Part shown: positions 59,213-64,000 of the stretch, piece after piece
Numbering within the stretch: position 1 is the first letter of the stretch
Layout of the letters: every line of letters starts with the position of its first letter
Origin: the human T2T-CHM13v2.0 reference genome, Homo sapiens
NCBI RefSeq assembly: GCF_009914755.1
Contig: NC_060938.1
DNA length: 64,000 nucleotides
Reading direction: 5' to 3' (one strand)
Made by a program: the position numbers and the translations under genes
Notes under the pieces: model-generated
Told to the model about the DNA's origin: nothing
Seen by the model: the letters and a program-made list of their open reading frames with translations, nothing else
The model's database searches: none

Positions 59213-59714
59213 CGGAAGAGCCAAGGTGTTCTCAGGAGCCACCGTGTGCCACGGCAGCTTCGGGATAACTTGAGGCTGCATCCTGGGGAAGAAACACCTC
59301 CTGTCCGTGGCGCTGACGGCTGAGGACAGAGCTTTGGTGTGGCTTCTCTGCGGCTGGCTTCTTCGGGGAGTTCTTCCATCATGGTGAGTACAGAAGCTTT
59401 CGTTTTCTGGAATGTTCTATGTATTCCTGATGGGTCTTCCTTTTTTCTTTCTTTCCATCTTAGTATGAATTTTATAGTAGTACTCAGTCCCTGAGGGCTT
59501 TTGAGGTTGGAAAGAGTAGGAGGCTTTAGGGCTGTTTCTGAGGGAGACTCCCCATGTAGATGGAGAGAGAGGAAAGCTCTGGCTGTGGGAGGAAGAGGAA
59601 GCCCGGCCTAGGTGGGGTTTTGGGACCAGGCCCCAGTTTGGCTGCCTTGCATCCAAGCCTCAGGTGGAAGGAAAGGATCCCAGCCACCTCCAGGGTTTGC
59701 TGATTTTTTAATTG

Positions 59715-60160
59715 GTTTTATTTTTTTGGAGATAGGGTCTGGCCCTGTTGTGCATCCTGGAGTGCAGTGGCAGATCTCAGCTCACTGCAGCCTCCACTTT
59801 CTGGGCTCAAGGGATTCTCCAGCCTCAGTCTCCCCATTAGCTGGGCTTGTGCCACCATGCCCAGCTATTTTTTTTTTTTCATATTTTTGCTGGCCACGGG
59901 GTTTCGCCATGTTACCCAGGCTTATCTTGAACTTCTGAACTCAAAGCAATCCTTCCACTTCGGCTTCCCTAAGTGCTGGGATTACAGGTGTGAACTACTG
60001 TGCCTGGTCTGCTGAATTTTGTTTTTCTTGTATTTTTGGTAGAGGCAGTGTTTCGCCATGTTGCCCAGGCTGGTCTCAAACTTCTGAGCTCAAAGCAGTC
60101 CTCTCGCCTCAGCTTCCCAAAGTGCCGGGATTACAGGCATGAACTACTGCAGGTGGTCTA
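59715..60160 (-). mobile_element. AluJ-like element with a duplicated left arm
   Basis: gtttcgccatgtt.cccaggct...aacttctga.ctcaaagca.tcct...gggattacagg..tgaactactg occurs twice (~59900 and ~60050). Confidence 0.8.
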
Positions 60161-60526
60161 CTGAACTTTTACATTTGTTTCCCAGCCGTCGGGACATAGG
60201 GGTCACTTTTCTCAACACCCCCCACCCCCCACAGCGTCTGCCTAACTCTGTCCATCTAGTCACGGCCACCTGACTGTGGAGGAAGCGCCCTTCCATGTGG
60301 TTTAATGTCTTCTTTGCAGAAATGCCTATTCAGGTTCCCTGCTCAGTTTTGGATGGATCATTTGTTTGTTGTTGCTACTTAGTACTATTAATGTGTTGCA
60401 TATTTTCCATAACAACCCCCATTAGCCGATATGTGATTTGTTCTCCCAGCCTTCCTCTTTGGGCTCATTGTTTCCTTTTCCTTGCAAAAAGTTTTCACTT
60501 TGATGTAGCCATGCATGTTTTTTTAT

Positions 60527-60812
60527 GGCCAGGCGTGATGGTTCATGCCTGTAATCCAAGCACTTTGGGAGGCCAAGGTGGGCAGATCACTTGAGCCAAA
60601 CAATTTGAGACCAGCCTAGGCAACGTGGCAAAACTTCATTTCTACAAAAAAATACAAAAAAATTAGCCAGGCGTGGTGGTGTGTGCCTGTAGTTCCAGCT
60701 ATTCAGGAGGCAGAGGTGGGAGGATCACTTGTGCCGGAGAGGTCAAGGCTGCAGTGAGCCATGATCATGCCACTGCACTCCAGCCTGAGTGACAGAGTCC
60801 CTGTCTCAAAAA
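60527..60812 (+). mobile_element. AluJ-like element
   Basis: Paralog of 37757-38033, complete to its A tail. Confidence 0.85.
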
Positions 60813-62426
60813 AATTTTTTTGATCTTTTTAGTAACATTCATTTCAATAAGAGTGAAATGACATCTGAGTGTGGTTTTGAAGTACTTTTTTTTGATGAAC
60901 AGTGATGTTGAGGACCTTTTCTCTTACCTGTTAGTTTTATGTCATCTTTGCAGATAACTCTATTCAAGTTTTTTGCTCAATATGAGTTCAGATATGTATT
61001 TTTATGCTACTTAGTATTGCTTTTTTCTGTGTACATGTTTGGTAACAACAATTTATCACTTCTATGATTCCCTCAAATTTTCTAACAATTTTTTTTTGAC
61101 ACAGAGTCTCATTCTCTTACCCAGGCTGGAGCACTGCGGCATATCAGGGATTGTGAGTCCTCCAACTTAGTTTCTATTTCTCAGGATTCCTTAGACATTC
61201 AGGGCCATTTCCATGTGATCATTAGCATTGCGTATTCACATTTCTTAAATTTCTGTGCGTAATAAAGTATATAATTAGAGAGTATGCTGGGACTGTTTTT
61301 CCTCTGGGACATTTTGGTACATGTATATTTTTAGTAATGATCAAATCAGGGTACTTGCTGTATCTGTTCTCATACAGGTATTATTTCTCTGTTGTGATAA
61401 CACTCAAATTGCTCCCTTCTAGCTTTATTGAAAAATGTACTATTTTGTTAACCAGAGTCACCCAGCTGTGGTATAGAATGCAAGAATGTGTTTGTCCCAA
61501 CTAACTGCAACTTTGTTTCCATAACCAATCCTTCCATCTCCTCCTTCCCCTGTCTTCGGAAAACCACTACTGTACCTTGTACTTATTGAAGGCAAAGTTT
61601 TTTGGATTCCATATAAGTGAGATGAATTTGCTTGTTTTTCTATGCCAGGCTTATTTTATTTAACAATATATTTTCCAGGTTCATCCATATGGCTCCAAAT
61701 GAAAATTACATTATTTTGTTAAGGATGAAGAGTATTATTGCATTGTGCAGATACACTGCAGTGTCTTCATCTCTTGATGTGTGGTTGGATAGCTAGGTTC
61801 ATTCCATATCTTCTATATTGTGAATAGCGCTTCATAAAACATGGGAAGGCAGATAATTTTTTATGGTACCAGTTGCCTTTGCTTTAAATGCATACCCAGT
61901 ATGAGAAGCTCCCAAGTTTTTTTCACAGTATGTTCACCAATTTACATCGACATCAATAGCATATATGAGTTTCCCTTTCTGTAAGTCTACACTGGTTGCT
62001 GCCGTCCAAAATTTTTATTGCTGTTTGGGTAATATTCATTCTCAGTGGAGTTTGATGGTATCTGATATCGGAGTGTGATTCTGACTTACATGTTTGGAGT
62101 GATTAGTGATGTGGAGAAACTTCTGTTTCACCTGTGAATCAGTTTCATGTCCTTTGCAGAGGTGGTTGTGTATATCCTTTGCATATTTTTAGCTCGTGTA
62201 TTTTTTTTTAATCTTTTCCCCACTTAGTAGCTTTAGTGCTTGAATATGTTAGATAACAACCCTTTCCAAAATTATGATTTTCCACAGTTTTCCCCCAATC
62301 ATCCTTTCCGCCAAGGTAGGATGCTTTCTCTTTGGGGTCATTGTTTTCTCCCACATGCGGAAGCTCTAAAGTGTTGGTCTCACAGGTTTATATTTGCTTT
62401 TGTCAGCATGGATTTCTGTGTCTCAT

Positions 62427-62483
62427 GAGAGAGAGAGAGAGAGAGTGAGAGAGAGAGAGAGAGAGAAAGTGAGAGAGAAAGAG
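62427..62483. repeat. (GA)n microsatellite
   Basis: gagagagaga... with gt/aa interruptions. Confidence 0.95.
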
Positions 62484-64000
62484 ATGGCAAAGTCATTGTA
62501 TTTTCTATGGGTATTTTCCCCCTAAGTGAGAACATGTGGTATTTGGTTTTCTGTTCTTTCCTTAGTTTGCTTAGCATAGTGGCCTGCAGGTTCATCCTTC
62601 TTGCTGCCGAGAGCATGAATTTGTTTAAGCTGTGTAGGATTTTGCAGTATCTATATACAACACTTTAAAACATCGAATCAACTGTTAAAGGGAACATAGG
62701 TCAATTTTATTTTATTTTTTCTTGTGAATAGCACTACCAAGAACATACCCATGTCTGTGTCATTTTGAAAGAAGGGTTTATGATTTAGTTTCCTCTGTCT
62801 AGATACCCAGTTATGCGATTGCCCATTTGGATGGTAGTTGTTAAGTTTTTTGAGGAACCTCCAAACCGCTTCTCATAGTGTGAGAACTAGTTTTTATTCC
62901 CTCCAAGAGTGTAGCAGTGTTTGCTTTCCTCCGCTGCCTTGTCAGCATGTAAATGTTGGACTTTGGACAAATGGCCATTCTGACCGACGGGAGATGGTAT
63001 CTCAGTGTGTGTGTGAGTTGCATTTCTCTGATGATGAGTGATGTTGAGGGTTTTTTTTGTCTATTGGTCACTTGTACATCTTATTTTTACAAGAACGTCT
63101 TCATGTCTTTTACCCATTGTTTGATTGGCTTATTTGTCTTTCTGCCTCTTGATTTTTTTAAGGTCACGTTAGAGTCTGGCTATTAGGTCTTGGTCAGAAG
63201 CATAGTTTGGGAACATTTTCTCCCATCCTGTAGGCTATGTTTTTACTGTGCTGGTGATTTATTTTGCTGTCTGGCAGTGTTTTAGTTTCTTAGGCCCAAC
63301 TTGTCCATTTTGGTTTTTCTTGCCGTTGCTCTTAGGGACTAAGTTATTTAAATTCTTTACCAAAGCCCATGTTGAGAAAGGTATTTCCTAGTTTTTCTTG
63401 TAGGACTTGTATAGTTTGTAGTCTTCTGCTGAAATCTTTCATTCACCTTGAGTTAGTTTTTGCATCTTGTGAGAGGTAAGGCTGTAGTGCTGTTCATCTG
63501 CAAGTGGCTAGACACTATCCCAGTGCCATTCATTGCACAGTGAGCCCTTTCCACATCTGAATTTTGGTGTTTCAAAGGTCAGATGGTTGTGGGTATGTGG
63601 GGTTGCTTCTGGGTTTCCTATTCTGTCTAGGTGGAGGTGGGTCTGTAGCTTTTCTGTGAAATTTGAAATTGGAGAGTGTGGTCCATCTGACATCGTCTGA
63701 ATCTCCCAGCCTGGCTTTGGAGTTTCAGAGCATTTTGTGGTCCCATGGGAATTTTAGCATTCATTGTTTCTTCACATTGCTTTCAAAAAACAAAATCGAC
63801 CCCATCCTAAAGGTGTACAGGTAGGGGGTAGAGTGGAATATTTGGATCCATGCATGCATCACATAGTGATGAAATCAGGGTATATAGTGTCGTTTTTGGC
63901 CTTGTAGAGTGTTCCTGTCTTTGAGTTGAGGAGAGCCAGAACCCTTCTTTCTGGCTGTCTTGAAAACTATCCTCTGGTAAAGTTTTCTCTAGTCACCCTG

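Overview
Human/great-ape genomic DNA (Alu, L1PA/L1PB, MER4/LTR8 ERV, MER DNA transposons) forming a segmental-duplication mosaic with no intact protein-coding gene. Left to right: (1) a 5'-truncated L1PA with TSD (2.8-5.7 kb); (2) an unprocessed, internally deleted NF1 pseudogene on the minus strand, with 11 recognisable exons (NF1 exons 13, 16-24 and 36) at 6.9-16.6 kb; (3) an unprocessed partial MED15 pseudogene on the minus strand (19.1-23.6 kb); (4) a palindromic, CCAAT/TATA-rich, apparently bidirectional promoter centred at ~26865, flanked by a C-rich degenerate tandem repeat on the left and a G-rich one on the right; (5) a full-length MER85; (6) an old tandem duplication (32.2-~41 kb vs 53.1-64 kb), each copy carrying an ATG|GTGAGT first-exon-like cassette and a nested array of L1-derived ~2.3-2.5 kb modules, with a MER4A1-type provirus (containing a solo LTR8) between the copies. 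The NF1P-MED15P adjacency fits the pericentromeric NF1-pseudogene duplicon family (14q11/22q11/2q21), but the exact locus cannot be fixed from sequence alone. Gene and repeat identities, exon numbers and reference lengths come from my recall of the reference sequences, not from a search. I cannot show that any system here is undescribed. The best leads are the palindromic promoter with outward G-skewed repeats, the NF1 c.1466A>G (Y489C) equivalent in the pseudo-exon, and the duplicated exon cassette with its L1-derived array.
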